Of a stretch of DNA of 64,000 bases, positions 18,635 through 29,659 are shown piece by piece; the stretch's first letter is position 1; each line of letters begins with the position of its first letter. The notes beneath the pieces are model-generated. The model saw only the letters and a list, made by a program, of their open reading frames with translations. It had not been told where the DNA came from and ran no database searches. Source of the stretch: Candidatus Omnitrophota bacterium (GTDB lineage: Bacteria; Omnitrophota; Gorgyraeia; Zapsychrales; JAHFFX01). The stretch is from the NCBI GenBank assembly GCA_023247725.1, contig JAHFFW010000006.1, positions 11,210-75,209 of the forward strand, given 5' to 3'. The translations under genes were made by a program, and so were the position numbers.

Positions 18635-21600
18635 TTAAACCTTTACCTTTTCCCCATTCTGTGTTGCGATTTTTGCGGCCTCTTCCAAAACCCGGCGGTA
18701 ATCCTGCGGGTAAACTTTGACAAATTGGGCGACGGTCCTCTCCCAGTCCCGCAGCAACCCTTGAGCCACCGTACTTTTGGTATAACGCGCATGATTTTCC
18801 AAAAGCGTGCGCACCTCGACCAAGTCCTCGGGTTCCGTCAACTTAACCAAATCCACCATTCCCTTATTGCAGCGTTGAGAAAAAGTACCGTCTTTATCCA
18901 AAACATACGCGAGGCCTCCGCTCATCCCGGCGGCAAAATTACGCCCCGTCGGACCAATGACGACCACGCGTCCGCCGGTCATATATTCGCAGCCATGATC
19001 GCCAATGCCTTCCACCACCGCCCTGGCGCCGCTATTGCGCACGGCAAAACGTTCGCCGGCAAGCCCGCGCAGATACACTTCTCCCAACACCGCCCCGTAA
19101 AGCACGACATTGCCCACCAAAATATTTTCTTCGGGAACGAACGTGGCATTTCTCGGCGGATAAACAATAATTCTGCCTCCAGAAAGCCCCTTCCCTAAAT
19201 AATCGTTGGCATCGCCTTCCAGGGTGAGTGTCACACCATTGGCCAAGAACGCACCAAAGCTCTGTCCGGCGGAACCAGTGAATTTGATCTCAATCGTATC
19301 CTCTGGCAAACCGGCGAGGCCATACCGGCGCGCGATCTGCGACGACAGCATTGTGCCCACCGTCCGATTGGTATTTCTGATCGCCATCTCGAATTGAACC
19401 GGCCCTTTCCCTTCAATGGCGTCTTTGCATCGACCAATGAGTTCATGATCGAGGGCTTTTTCCAATCCATGATCCTGACGACTCACGTGACGGACGGCGA
19501 CATGAGGAGGAACATCTGGTTTATGAAGAATATTGGTCAGGTCCAATCCTTTGGCTTTCCAATGATCAACCAACTCCTGCGTCTCCAGCATATCGACCCT
19601 GCCGATGAGCTCTGCGAATTTCCGAAATCCCAATTCCGCCATAATCTCCCGGCATTCCTCGGCGATGTAGGTGAAAAAATTCACCACGTATTCCGGTTTC
19701 CCGTCAAATTTTTTGCGCAGTTCGGGATCCTGGGTTGCAATGCCCACCGAGCACGTATTCAAATGGCATTTGCGTAAAAGAATACAACCCAATGAAACCA
19801 AGGCCGCCGTCGAGAATCCAAACTCGTCGGCCCCCAGCATCGCGGCAATGACCACATCGCGGCCCGTCTTTAATTGGCCATCGGTCTGCACGCGAATGCG
19901 GCCCCGCAGATCGTTCATCACCAACACTTGCTGGGTTTCGGCGATGCCCAATTCCATAGGAAGCCCCGCATGTTTGATTGAGGTTTGCGGAGATGCGCCG
20001 GTTCCCCCTTCGTATCCACTGATCAAAACATGATCGGATTTTCCTTTAGAAACACCGGCGGCAACCGTGCCCACGCCAATCTCCGAGACCAGCTTGACGC
20101 TCACATCGGCCTTCGGGTTGGAATTTTTTAAATCATGAATCAACTGCGCCAGATCTTCAATCGAATAAATATCGTGATGCGGCGGCGGAGAAATGAGCTG
20201 CACTCCCGGCATCGTGTGCCGGGTTTTGGCAATTTCCTTACTGACTTTGTGCCCCGGTAGTTGACCGCCTTCGCCGGGTTTGGCGCCTTGGGCCATTTTG
20301 ATTTGCAATTGATCAGCATTAACCAGATATTCAATCGTCACGCCAAAACGTCCTTGAGCCACTTGCTTGATCCGGCTGCGGCGCCAGTCGCCGTTGGGAT
20401 CTTTTCTGAAACGTTCGGCATCTTCGCCGCCCTCGCCGGTATTCGAAAATCCGCCGAGGCGGTTCATGGCAATGGCCAGGGTCTCGTGGGTTTCCTTGGA
20501 AATAGAACCATAGCTCATGGCTCCGGTCGCGAAACGTTTGACGATCTCTGAGCCAGGCTCAACGTCTTCCAACGGCACCGGGGTTCCCTTTTTAAAACGC
20601 AAAAGCCCCCGGATGCTGGCCAAATTTTTCGTTTGCGAATTCACCAGCTCCGCATACTTCTTATAAATCTGATAGTCGCCGCTTCGAACCGCGTGCTGCA
20701 ACATTCCGATTGTTTGCGGATTGAATTGATGATGTTCACCATCGCGCCGCCAATAGTAATCGCCTCCTTCATCCAACATGTTTTCATCCTCGTTTTGGGA
20801 AGGATAGGCCTTGGCGTGCCGGCGCAACACCTCCTCGGCGAGGGTTTCGATTCCGATTCCGCCGATCCGCGAAGGAGTCGCGGTAAAATATTGGTCAATC
20901 AATTCCTGGCCCAATCCGACCGCCTCAAAAATTTGCGCCCCGCAGTAGGAATGGATGGTGGAAATGCCCATTTTGGAAATGATTTTAAATAAACCTTTTC
21001 TCGCCGCCTTGATGAAATTCTTTTGAGCCTCTTTCATCGTGATCTCCAGCGGAAAATAGGCTTGTTTGATCTGATGCTCGATCGTTTCAAAGACAAGATA
21101 GGGATTGATCACGTTGGCGCCATAACCAATGAGGACCGCAAAATGGTGCATCTCGCGGGCTTCTCCGGTTTCGATCACGAGACTCACTTTCGTGCGAGTG
21201 CCTTTGCGGATCAAATGGTGATGCAATCCGGAGCATGCCAGCAAAGAAGGAATCGGGGCATTCTGCTCATTGAGGCTCCGGTCCGAAAGAATCAAAATAG
21301 AATAACCTCCTTCAATCGCTTGATCAGCCTGCTCACATAATCGCTGTAAGGATTTTTCCAGGCCGGCGGCGCCTTCTGCCGCTACGAAAATAATGGGCAA
21401 TGTCGTTGAGCGCAAGCCTTCCTGATTGATGTGCCGGATCTTTTCTAATTCTTCGTTAGTGACAACCGGATGCGAAACCCGCAAACGGTGGGCATGCTCG
21501 GGGGTTTCATCCAAAAGATTGCACTCGGCGCCCAGCATGACGTCTTCGGCCATGATGACCTCTTCGCGGATCGCATCAATGGGAGGGTTCGTGACCTGAG

Positions 21601-23224
21601 CAAAGAGCTGTTTGAAATAATTGAATAACGGTTGCGCCCGGTAAGAGAGAATCGCCAACGGCGTATCGGTCCCCATGGATCCAACGGCCTCTTCTCCATT
21701 GATGACCATCGGGCTAATGAGAAGTTTAAAATCTTCCAGCGTATAGCCAAAGGCTCTTTGCCGGGCCAACAGGGTTTTTTCGTTGAGACCTTGAGCCTTT
21801 TTGTTTTCCGGGAGACTTTTCAATTCGACAAGCTTTTCCTTAAGCCACTGTCCGTAAGGTTGACGTGTGCTGTAATCGTGCTTGAGTTCTTTGTCGTCGA
21901 TGATACGTCCTTCCTTGATGTCAATCAAAAACATCTTTCCCGGCTCCAGGCGTCCTTTTTTCAAAACGTTTTCCGGCGGAATAGGCAACACTCCGGTTTC
22001 CGAGGCCATGACCACCATATCGTCTTTCGTGACCAGATACCGCGACGGACGCAGGCCATTGCGGTCGAGCACGGCGCCAATATAACGTCCATCGCAAAAC
22101 GCAATGGAGGCCGGCCCGTCCCAGGGCTCCATTAAACACGAATGGTATTCATAAAAAGCCTTTTTCTCCTCGGGCATGCTCTCATGTCCGCTCCACGCCT
22201 CCGGAATCATCATCATAATCGCGTGCGGCAGGGAACGGCCGCTTAAGACCAGCATCTCAAGCACATTATCGAAGGTCGCCGTATCCGAACCATGCGGAAC
22301 GACGATCGGCAAAACTTTTTTAATATCCTTACCAAAGGCCTTGCAGGAAAATTGTGCTTCGCGGGCGTGCATCCAATTGATGTTACCCCTCAAGGTATTG
22401 ATCTCACCGTTATGGGCGATCATCCGATAGGGATGAGCCAGCGCCCAGGTGGGAAACGTATTCGTGCTATAACGAGAATGAATCATGGCCATGGCCGACA
22501 CCATCGTCGGATCAGCCAAGTCCGCGAAGAACCGGTCCAGCTGTTCGGCCATCAACTGCCCTTTATAAACGAGCGTGCGGCTCGACAAGCTGCAAAAGTA
22601 ATAATAATTGCGCTGCCCCAGCGTCGAGGCCTGGACCTTGTTATAAAGGCGTTTGCGGATGACATACAGTTTCTGTTCAAATCGATCGGCGGGCGTGTTC
22701 TTTCCGCGGCCGATAAAAATCTGCTTGAATTCCGGCATCACCGAACGGGCAACCTGGCCAATCTTGGTCGGATCATGCGGCACCTCCCGCCAGCCAAGGA
22801 ATTTTTGGCCTTCTTCATGCACCAGATGTTCAGTCCACTGCTCAATCATATTTCGGTCGCCGGGATCCGGCGGCAAAAAGACAATCCCAGCCCCATAATC
22901 GCCTTCTTTGGGCAGATTCAGGTTAAGCCTGGCCGACTCTTTTCTAAAAAAGGCATCCGGCATTTGGATCATAATCCCGGCCCCATCACCCGTCTGCGGA
23001 TCACAGCCGCACGCGCCCCGGTGTGTCAAATTTTCCAAAATCTGGATGGAATTGCGGATGATTTCATGCGATTTATTTCCTTTGATGTTGACAATAAATC
23101 CAACCCCGCAACTGTCATGCTCAAAGGCCGGATGATACAGTCCCTGCGGTGCCGGTAAACCCGCAACTGTTTGCGACCGGACAGGTTTTATTTTGGCTAA
23201 AAAACTTTTAGATTTTTTATTCAT
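18635..23224 (-). CDS. gltB: Glutamate synthase large subunit
   Basis: HDSCGVGF N-terminal nucleophile, HSRYSTNT, IKMAQGAKPGEGG and 3Fe-4S cysteines; 1529 aa. Confidence 0.98.
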   Translation of the reverse strand: MNKKSKSFLAKIKPVRSQTVAGLPAPQGLYHPAFEHDSCGVGFIVNIKGNKSHEIIRNSIQILENLTHRGACGCDPQTGDGAGIMIQMPDAFFRKESARLNLNLPKEGDYGAGIVFLPPDPGDRNMIEQWTEHLVHEEGQKFLGWREVPHDPTKIGQVARSVMPEFKQIFIGRGKNTPADRFEQKLYVIRKRLYNKVQASTLGQRNYYYFCSLSSRTLVYKGQLMAEQLDRFFADLADPTMVSAMAMIHSRYSTNTFPTWALAHPYRMIAHNGEINTLRGNINWMHAREAQFSCKAFGKDIKKVLPIVVPHGSDTATFDNVLEMLVLSGRSLPHAIMMMIPEAWSGHESMPEEKKAFYEYHSCLMEPWDGPASIAFCDGRYIGAVLDRNGLRPSRYLVTKDDMVVMASETGVLPIPPENVLKKGRLEPGKMFLIDIKEGRIIDDKELKHDYSTRQPYGQWLKEKLVELKSLPENKKAQGLNEKTLLARQRAFGYTLEDFKLLISPMVINGEEAVGSMGTDTPLAILSYRAQPLFNYFKQLFAQVTNPPIDAIREEVIMAEDVMLGAECNLLDETPEHAHRLRVSHPVVTNEELEKIRHINQEGLRSTTLPIIFVAAEGAAGLEKSLQRLCEQADQAIEGGYSILILSDRSLNEQNAPIPSLLACSGLHHHLIRKGTRTKVSLVIETGEAREMHHFAVLIGYGANVINPYLVFETIEHQIKQAYFPLEITMKEAQKNFIKAARKGLFKIISKMGISTIHSYCGAQIFEAVGLGQELIDQYFTATPSRIGGIGIETLAEEVLRRHAKAYPSQNEDENMLDEGGDYYWRRDGEHHQFNPQTIGMLQHAVRSGDYQIYKKYAELVNSQTKNLASIRGLLRFKKGTPVPLEDVEPGSEIVKRFATGAMSYGSISKETHETLAIAMNRLGGFSNTGEGGEDAERFRKDPNGDWRRSRIKQVAQGRFGVTIEYLVNADQLQIKMAQGAKPGEGGQLPGHKVSKEIAKTRHTMPGVQLISPPPHHDIYSIEDLAQLIHDLKNSNPKADVSVKLVSEIGVGTVAAGVSKGKSDHVLISGYEGGTGASPQTSIKHAGLPMELGIAETQQVLVMNDLRGRIRVQTDGQLKTGRDVVIAAMLGADEFGFSTAALVSLGCILLRKCHLNTCSVGIATQDPELRKKFDGKPEYVVNFFTYIAEECREIMAELGFRKFAELIGRVDMLETQELVDHWKAKGLDLTNILHKPDVPPHVAVRHVSRQDHGLEKALDHELIGRCKDAIEGKGPVQFEMAIRNTNRTVGTMLSSQIARRYGLAGLPEDTIEIKFTGSAGQSFGAFLANGVTLTLEGDANDYLGKGLSGGRIIVYPPRNATFVPEENILVGNVVLYGAVLGEVYLRGLAGERFAVRNSGARAVVEGIGDHGCEYMTGGRVVVIGPTGRNFAAGMSGGLAYVLDKDGTFSQRCNKGMVDLVKLTEPEDLVEVRTLLENHARYTKSTVAQGLLRDWERTVAQFVKVYPQDYRRVLEEAAKIATQNGEKVKV

Positions 23225-23498
23225 GCTTAAATTTCCCGGTAGGGATATTAAATTTTTTTATCTTGGCACGCAAGGTGTTCCGGTTAATCCCCAAGAGCTT
23301 GGCCGCTAAGATCTGATTGCCATGGCAACGCTGCAAAGCCTTTTCGATCAAGATCTTTTCCGTCTCGCCAATCACCGACCGATAGATCTGGCCACTGGCC
23401 GAGGCAAAAACCGATTCGATTTCCTGCACCCAATTGTCTGTGTGAATCCAATCCATTGTACTAATTTTCAGTGAATCTTCAACGGAAAATTCGGGCAC
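23217..23498 (-). CDS. Stand-alone Fis-family helix-turn-helix protein
   Basis: EKILIEKALQRCHGNQILAAKLLGINRNTLRAKIKK. The start may be the ATG at 23456; overlaps the gltB start. Confidence 0.85.
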   Translation of the reverse strand: MPEFSVEDSLKISTMDWIHTDNWVQEIESVFASASGQIYRSVIGETEKILIEKALQRCHGNQILAAKLLGINRNTLRAKIKKFNIPTGKFKHE

Positions 23499-23575
23499 GG
23501 CTCATGGTCACCAGAGTCCCAGGGCTCCAGCGACCCAGAAACTGGAACTCTGGGGGCCTGGGGCGCTGGGCACTC

Positions 23576-25252
23576 TTAAAACTCTTTATACTTATTCGTA
23601 ATCGGCAGCCGCCAGTCCTTACCAAAGGCTCGCGGAGATATTTTCACCCCCGGCGCGGCCTGGCGCCTTTTGTATTCACTGCGATCAACCATCTGGATCA
23701 CCTTCTTCACCGTCGCTGCATCCTTGAATTCCTTCACCAAATGCGCGAAGGAATGATGTTGTTCCACATAACCCTTCAATATTCCATCGAGCAGAGGATA
23801 CGGCGGCAGGGTGTCCTGATCGGTTTGCCGATGGCGCAATTCCGCGGTGGGCGCCCGGTCGAAAACCGAGGCCGGAATAATTTCGCGGCCGGCCGATGCA
23901 TTTTTAAATCGACAAAGCTCGTAGACCTTGGTCTTGGGAACATCCTTGATGACACAAAAGCCGCCCGACATATCACCATAAAGGGTGCAATAACCCACGG
24001 CGATTTCGCTTTTATTTCCCGTCGTCAGGACCAGCCATCCAAATTTATTGGAAAGGGCCATCAAGAGATTCCCCCGGATGCGCGCCTGAAGATTTTCTTC
24101 CGCTAAATCAAAAGGTCTTTCGCCAAAGGGCTCCTTGAGAAGTTCCAGGTAAGAATCAAAAATGCCGTCGATGGGGATCGCATAGAGCTTGAGGTTAAAA
24201 TTCTGTGCCAGCGTTTTGGCGTCGGCACGCGTGCCCACCGAGGAAAAGCGGGAAGGCATGGTCACACCAATGATATTGTCTTCGCCAATGGCATCAATGG
24301 CCAATGCCGCCACGAGCGCCGAGTCAATTCCACCGCTTAAACCAACGACGGCTTTTTGAAATGCGTTTTTGCGAATGTAATCCCGTGTACCCAAAACCAA
24401 GGCTTTATAAACACTTTCCGTCGGACCAAGCGATTGATGCAATGGCGATTCCAAAGGAGGCTTATTCGTTTCATTTTTCTTCCACGGCAAAAAAATCGTC
24501 TTGGCGGATTTTTTTTGACCGGAGGCTTCAATGTCAGTGACAATAAGATCTTCTTCAAACTCCTTTCCTTGCGCCATCCATCGTCCTTTGGGATCAACGA
24601 TCAAACTGGCGCCGTCAAAAACCAATTCATCCTGACCTCCAACGATATTGGCATAACAAATATAAGCCCCGGTTTCCCGCGCCCTGGCTTTGAGTAACTT
24701 TTTTCGAATCTCGAGTTTGCCTTCGTGATAAGGAGAGGCCGAGATATTGATCAACAAGCGAGCGCCCTTTTTTGCCTGGCGCAAATAAAGACCATCATCG
24801 GCCCAGATATCTTCACAGATATTGAGGCCGAACGTGGTTTGACCCAGCGCAAATACAAATTCATTTCGACCGGGCGTGAAATAACGTTTCTCGTCGAACA
24901 CGCCATAATTCGGCAATTGCTCTTTATGGCAAACCGCGAATCGTTTGCCTCCATAAATAACCGCCGCGGCGTTGTACATCTGACCTTTTTTATCCTGGTC
25001 AACAAAACCGATCATCGCGGTAAGATTCAGAACTCTTGGTTCAATGGATCGTAAGGCTCGAAGATTATCTCGGACAAAATTTTCTTTATAAAGCAAATCC
25101 TCCGGCGGATAGCCGCACAGGGACAATTCCGGAAAGACGACGAGATCCGCAGCCTTTGCTCTGGCTGCTTCGATATACTCAACGATCTTTTTGGCATTGC
25201 CGTTCAAATCGCCAACCGTCGGATTGATCTGGGCAAGAGCTATACGTGGCAT
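23576..25252 (-). CDS. nadE: Glutamine-dependent NAD+ synthetase
   Basis: Nitrilase domain (FPELS, ICEDIW) plus GLSGGIDS, ENLQAR, TGNKSE and EYKRRQ. Confidence 0.96.
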   Translation of the reverse strand: MPRIALAQINPTVGDLNGNAKKIVEYIEAARAKAADLVVFPELSLCGYPPEDLLYKENFVRDNLRALRSIEPRVLNLTAMIGFVDQDKKGQMYNAAAVIYGGKRFAVCHKEQLPNYGVFDEKRYFTPGRNEFVFALGQTTFGLNICEDIWADDGLYLRQAKKGARLLINISASPYHEGKLEIRKKLLKARARETGAYICYANIVGGQDELVFDGASLIVDPKGRWMAQGKEFEEDLIVTDIEASGQKKSAKTIFLPWKKNETNKPPLESPLHQSLGPTESVYKALVLGTRDYIRKNAFQKAVVGLSGGIDSALVAALAIDAIGEDNIIGVTMPSRFSSVGTRADAKTLAQNFNLKLYAIPIDGIFDSYLELLKEPFGERPFDLAEENLQARIRGNLLMALSNKFGWLVLTTGNKSEIAVGYCTLYGDMSGGFCVIKDVPKTKVYELCRFKNASAGREIIPASVFDRAPTAELRHRQTDQDTLPPYPLLDGILKGYVEQHHSFAHLVKEFKDAATVKKVIQMVDRSEYKRRQAAPGVKISPRAFGKDWRLPITNKYKEF

Positions 25253-25270
25253 GGATTTGTGAGTGTGAGT

Positions 25271-25696
25271 TTATTCAATAGGCTTATCGCCGTATTCAAA
25301 CAGTTTCCATCCCGACTGCTGCGTTTTGACGAAACGCAGATAAGAACTATTTGTTCGTAATAGGTAAATATCCGGTGCATCCTGGCGGACAGAGAGGACC
25401 TCGGCGCTAAATCCCGATTGCGCGAAAGAAAGATTGATGTCAGTGCCGTATTCTTCCTTGTCTTTGGCGCGGGGTTCTGCGGTGATTTTGACCGTATCCC
25501 CTAAGATAAATTCCTGAATCGCCTTGGAATCACCAGAGCGGAACGATTGGACCAATTGATGGTAAGCCTCACTGAGATCCTGCGGTTCCTGGGCCTCATT
25601 CTGCACGAGCGCCAGATCTTCGGCGGCAAAAGCAACCGGGGTCAATGTCAAGATTACGGCCAAGGCCCATCCAAATCCTGGAAAAATTGTTTTCAT
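25271..25696 (-). CDS. Secreted hypothetical protein
   Basis: Signal peptide ending in AFA; AGGAG RBS upstream. Confidence 0.75.
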   Translation of the reverse strand: MKTIFPGFGWALAVILTLTPVAFAAEDLALVQNEAQEPQDLSEAYHQLVQSFRSGDSKAIQEFILGDTVKITAEPRAKDKEEYGTDINLSFAQSGFSAEVLSVRQDAPDIYLLRTNSSYLRFVKTQQSGWKLFEYGDKPIE

Positions 25697-25748
25697 GCTG
25701 TTCTCCTTTCATCCGATCATTAAATCACCCAATAGAATTAATTTTATC

Positions 25749-26144
25749 TTACTTGAATCCTCGGCCCATCCATAAAATGAAGACCGGGATAACAAGCCCT
25801 CCCAAAAGCCATAACCATACAACGATTGGCCGGACCATTTTCAAGGCCATCAACACTCCTAAAAGCGTGGTCACCGCAAATCCAATCGTCATCATGAAGA
25901 TAAAGTACCGGAATAATTTCGAGGACTTCGGACGAACATCACCCGTCGGGAATCGCTGTTCTGTGTGCACCTCGGAAAGAACCGCTAAGGCCTTCGGCGC
26001 TTTATAACTGCCGTCCTTTTTGGAACGGTGCATATCAAATGTCTGCCAACAACCACTCACCGCAAAAAAAAGCAAAAGCGGAGTAAAAAAGCAACCCAAA
26101 CAAAGATGCCAAGTCCGCAGAGTTTTAAGATTCATGGGAAACAT
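25749..26144 (-). CDS. PepSY-associated TM-like membrane protein
   Basis: RTWHLCLG...FFAVSG pattern with a second His and TM helices. The start is probably the ATG at 26135. Confidence 0.7.
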   Translation of the reverse strand: MFPMNLKTLRTWHLCLGCFFTPLLLFFAVSGCWQTFDMHRSKKDGSYKAPKALAVLSEVHTEQRFPTGDVRPKSSKLFRYFIFMMTIGFAVTTLLGVLMALKMVRPIVVWLWLLGGLVIPVFILWMGRGFK

Positions 26145-26509
26145 AAACGCGCTGATGTCAGCAAAAAAAGGATCAGGCTTAAGAACATCGTCGCTTTAAA
26201 TACCGGAACGTGCTGTTTTCGATATCCCCAAAGCGAGGCCAAAAATGCCGCCACCGTGAAGATATTGGATCCCATGATAAAAATAAAGGCGACGATAAAA
26301 TTCTTCCCTGAAGGTGCGCTCAAAAAATTATTAATCGTCGAATCCCGCGAATAATCGCCCCAAAAACTGCCAACGAGGGATAAAATCGCCGCGAGAAGAA
26401 AAATCAAACTGACAATGAGCTTCGGAATCATGGGATTACTGACCAACGCATAAATAATAGTTCTCGTCTTATTGTCATAATCTGTTGCCTGAACTGGGGT
26501 GCGAGTCAA
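26132..26509 (-). CDS. Hypothetical membrane protein
   Basis: Three hydrophobic segments; the true start is probably the internal MIPKL. Confidence 0.55.
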   Translation of the reverse strand: MTRTPVQATDYDNKTRTIIYALVSNPMIPKLIVSLIFLLAAILSLVGSFWGDYSRDSTINNFLSAPSGKNFIVAFIFIMGSNIFTVAAFLASLWGYRKQHVPVFKATMFLSLILFLLTSARLCFP

Positions 26510-26557
26510 GAGACCGGCCTGCCTAATTATTGGGCAGAAATTTAAAAAAAAATTTAT

Positions 26558-27259
26558 TTATTCAATCTTTTCCATCATCAACTTCTCAAAATTCCGATAA
26601 ACCGTCTTTGCCTGACGATTAAAAATATCCTTTTTCTGATCATACGTCTCCAGCATTTGCTTGGCCTTATTTTGTTTTTCCCTATCGTTACTTTTGAAAT
26701 ACGACCGGCACCAACTCTCGATCATCCCCCGGGTGATTTCGACATGAAATTGAAGGCCATAGGCATTGCCTCCGACTTTAAAGGCCTGGTTCGGACACGC
26801 CGGTGCGGTCGCAAGCCGTTCTCCTTGGCCAGGAATGCTAAACATATCCTCGTGCCAATGATAGACCTCCATGGTTTTATCGAGGCCAGCAAACAAAGGA
26901 TCGGATTTCTCGATGAAAACTTTAAACCACCCGACTTCTTTCATCGGGGATTTAACGACGGGGGCCTGACAGGCCTTCGCTAACAATTGCGCCCCCAAAC
27001 AGATTCCTAAATAAGGGATTTTTTCTTTTAAAACGTTCTGAATAAAAATATTTTCTGCTTTGAGCCAAGGATATTGATCTTCTTCATACACATTCATGGG
27101 GCCCCCCATGACAATCACGGCTGCAACATTGGATAATTCCGACACAAGGGCTTCGCCACGGCCAAGATCAATATGCTTCGGCTTATAGGCGCGTTCCTGA
27201 AAATATTCTCCCAGAGTTCCGGGGCCTTCGATATCGATGTGTTTGAGGATAAGAATCAT
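26558..27259 (-). CDS. Class I glutamine amidotransferase
   Basis: MGGPMNVY, LGICLGAQL, WHED and LQFHVE motifs. Confidence 0.9.
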   Translation of the reverse strand: MILILKHIDIEGPGTLGEYFQERAYKPKHIDLGRGEALVSELSNVAAVIVMGGPMNVYEEDQYPWLKAENIFIQNVLKEKIPYLGICLGAQLLAKACQAPVVKSPMKEVGWFKVFIEKSDPLFAGLDKTMEVYHWHEDMFSIPGQGERLATAPACPNQAFKVGGNAYGLQFHVEITRGMIESWCRSYFKSNDREKQNKAKQMLETYDQKKDIFNRQAKTVYRNFEKLMMEKIE

Positions 27260-27446
27260 ATCGCTTATGGCGTATATTGCACCCGCCACGGAAATTGATC
27301 AGCTATCACAAATATCTTCTCACAATATTTTAGCGCAAGATCCCATATTTCCAAGGTCTCAAATCTGAACATCGTCTTCTCCCATTTTTTCAACGGTCAT
27401 ACGCATAAGCCATACGCTATATGTCATAAAAAGCCGAGGTCCTAAG

Positions 27447-27487
27447 AAAAAAGGCTCAAGGGTGTATGGGAGAACGCCCCTGAGCCC
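27447..27487 (-). terminator. Intrinsic terminator after the GS-III gene
   Basis: gggctcaggggcgt...acacccttgagcc followed by TTTTTT. Confidence 0.75.
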
Positions 27488-27511
27488 ATTATTCAACCGA
27501 TCAAATAGATT

Positions 27512-29659
27512 TTAATTCATCAAAAGCATTTCTGCATAAGAAGGCAACGCCCATTTTTCCGCCGGGACCAGGCCTTCCAATGCGTCGATGGAATTGCGCA
27601 GCGTCAGCATAGCGGCGTTGGTTTTGGCCGCATCGTGCTTGGCGGTCGCCGCTTCCAAGGACTCTGTATTGGTGATGGCCGCCTCCGTCAGCAGCGTGAC
27701 TTCTTTCAGCAATTGCTTCGTTTTGGTGGTTTTAGCCGCGGTTCCGATGGCCTTGATCGTTTCCGCCAATTCCTTGGCGAAGGCTAAGGCCGCTGGGATG
27801 ATCTGCGTACGGGCCATCGTTGCGGCGCAATTTCCCTCCAATTGCACGGTTGTTTCATAGGCATGCTTGTAAATTTCCCGACGGGAAGCAAGCTCCCGAG
27901 GATTCAGGACGCCGTGCCTTTCAAAAAGACGGATCATTTTTTCTTCTTTTAAAACCTCCAATGACTCCGGAGTGGATTTCAGATTCGGAAGTCCTCTTTT
28001 CTTTGCCTCTGCATGCCACTCATCGGTGTAATTATCGCCGTTAAAAATGACGCGTTTGTGTTTCTTGATAATATCCTGAAGAACTTTTTGCAAGGCATGA
28101 TTGAAATCCTTCTTCGCGGCCACCTCTTTCTCTAGCTGCGTGCAGATTTCATCCAGGGCTTGCGCCACAATCGTATTCAAGACCACATTGGGACCGGCCG
28201 GGCTCATGTTGGAGCCAACCGCGCGGAACTCAAACTTCGCTCCAGTAAAGGCAAAGGGCGAGGTCCGGTTGCGGTCGGTGGCATCGCGCGGCAGGACGGG
28301 TAAAGAATCCACGCCGATTTCAATAACGCCGCCTTCTTTGGAATGCTTGGCGGTTCCTTTCTCGATCTGTTCAATGATATCGGTCAATTGATCGCCTAAG
28401 AAAATCGAAATAATCGCCGGCGGCGCTTCATTAGCCCCCAGACGATGATCATTGCCGGCGGTGGCAACCGAACAGCGCAACAAATTCGCGTATTCATCCA
28501 CGGCCTTGATGACGGCACACAAGATCGCCAGGAATTTCGCATTATCATGCGGGGTTTTGCCCGGATACAGCCAATTTTTTCCGTCGGGTCCGACAATCGC
28601 CCAGTTATTGTGTTTGCCCGAACCATTGACCCCGGCAAAAGGCTTTTCGTGCAACAAACACACCAGCCCGTGTTTGTCAGCGAGTTGGCGCATCACTTCC
28701 ATGCCAATCATGTTGTGATCGACGGCCAGATTGAGTTCTTCAAAAACCGGCGCAATTTCGTATTGGGCCGGCGAGACTTCGTTATGCCTGGTTTTTGCCG
28801 GAATTCCCAATTTCCAAAGCGTCCGATCCAGATCCTCCATGAAGGCGAGCACCCTTGGCTTGATGGCACCGAAATAATGATCTTCCTGCTGCTGGTGTTT
28901 GGCGGGTTTTCGTCCGAACAGGGTTCGACCGGTTTGTACTAAATCCAGACGGGCCTGATAGTAAGATTTATCAATGAGGAAATATTCCTGCTCCGGACCC
29001 AAGGTTGCGTAGGCCCGTTTGCCTTTGGTGTCAATTCCGAAGAGCCGGGCAAGGCGACAAACCTGTTTCGATAAAGCCGCCATCGAGCGAAGCAAGGGCG
29101 TCTTTTTGTCCAGGGCTTCTCCATGATAACCGCAGAAAATCGTCGGAATGCACAGAGTCGCGCCCTCCGGCCCTTCCTTAATAAAGGCGGGGCTGGTCGG
29201 ATCCCAGGCCGTATAACCGCGGGCCTCGAAGGTCGCGCGCAAACCGCCGGAGGGAAAGCTGGAGGCATCCGGTTCACCTTGAATCAATTCCTTACCAGAA
29301 AACTTCAGGATGACGCCTCCTTCCGCGTCGGGAGAAATAAAGGAGTCGTGTTTTTCGGCGGTGGTGCCGGTCAAAGGCTGGAACCAATGGGTAAAATGAG
29401 TGGCCCCTTTGGCGATCGCCCATGATTTCATGGCATCGGCCACTTCGTCGGCAATACTCGGATCCAGCCGCCCGGCTTCCCGGATGGTTGCCGCCAAGGA
29501 ATTGTAGGCATTTTCGGAAAGATAATTCCGCATGGTTTTCAAGCTGAATACATTTTCACCATAAAAATCAGGAATGGATTTTCCATTTGAACCGCCGACT
29601 TCCTCCAAAATGGCGCGATCAAATTCGGTGACCGTCTGCCTTCGGGTGGCTTCGCTCAT
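27512..29659 (-). CDS. Glutamine synthetase type III
   Basis: THWFQPLTG, AEKHDSF, GEPDASSFPSGG, HRLGANEAPP and DRNRTSPFAFTG motifs. ATG at 29659 follows an AGGAG RBS. Confidence 0.96.
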   Translation of the reverse strand: MSEATRRQTVTEFDRAILEEVGGSNGKSIPDFYGENVFSLKTMRNYLSENAYNSLAATIREAGRLDPSIADEVADAMKSWAIAKGATHFTHWFQPLTGTTAEKHDSFISPDAEGGVILKFSGKELIQGEPDASSFPSGGLRATFEARGYTAWDPTSPAFIKEGPEGATLCIPTIFCGYHGEALDKKTPLLRSMAALSKQVCRLARLFGIDTKGKRAYATLGPEQEYFLIDKSYYQARLDLVQTGRTLFGRKPAKHQQQEDHYFGAIKPRVLAFMEDLDRTLWKLGIPAKTRHNEVSPAQYEIAPVFEELNLAVDHNMIGMEVMRQLADKHGLVCLLHEKPFAGVNGSGKHNNWAIVGPDGKNWLYPGKTPHDNAKFLAILCAVIKAVDEYANLLRCSVATAGNDHRLGANEAPPAIISIFLGDQLTDIIEQIEKGTAKHSKEGGVIEIGVDSLPVLPRDATDRNRTSPFAFTGAKFEFRAVGSNMSPAGPNVVLNTIVAQALDEICTQLEKEVAAKKDFNHALQKVLQDIIKKHKRVIFNGDNYTDEWHAEAKKRGLPNLKSTPESLEVLKEEKMIRLFERHGVLNPRELASRREIYKHAYETTVQLEGNCAATMARTQIIPAALAFAKELAETIKAIGTAAKTTKTKQLLKEVTLLTEAAITNTESLEAATAKHDAAKTNAAMLTLRNSIDALEGLVPAEKWALPSYAEMLLMN

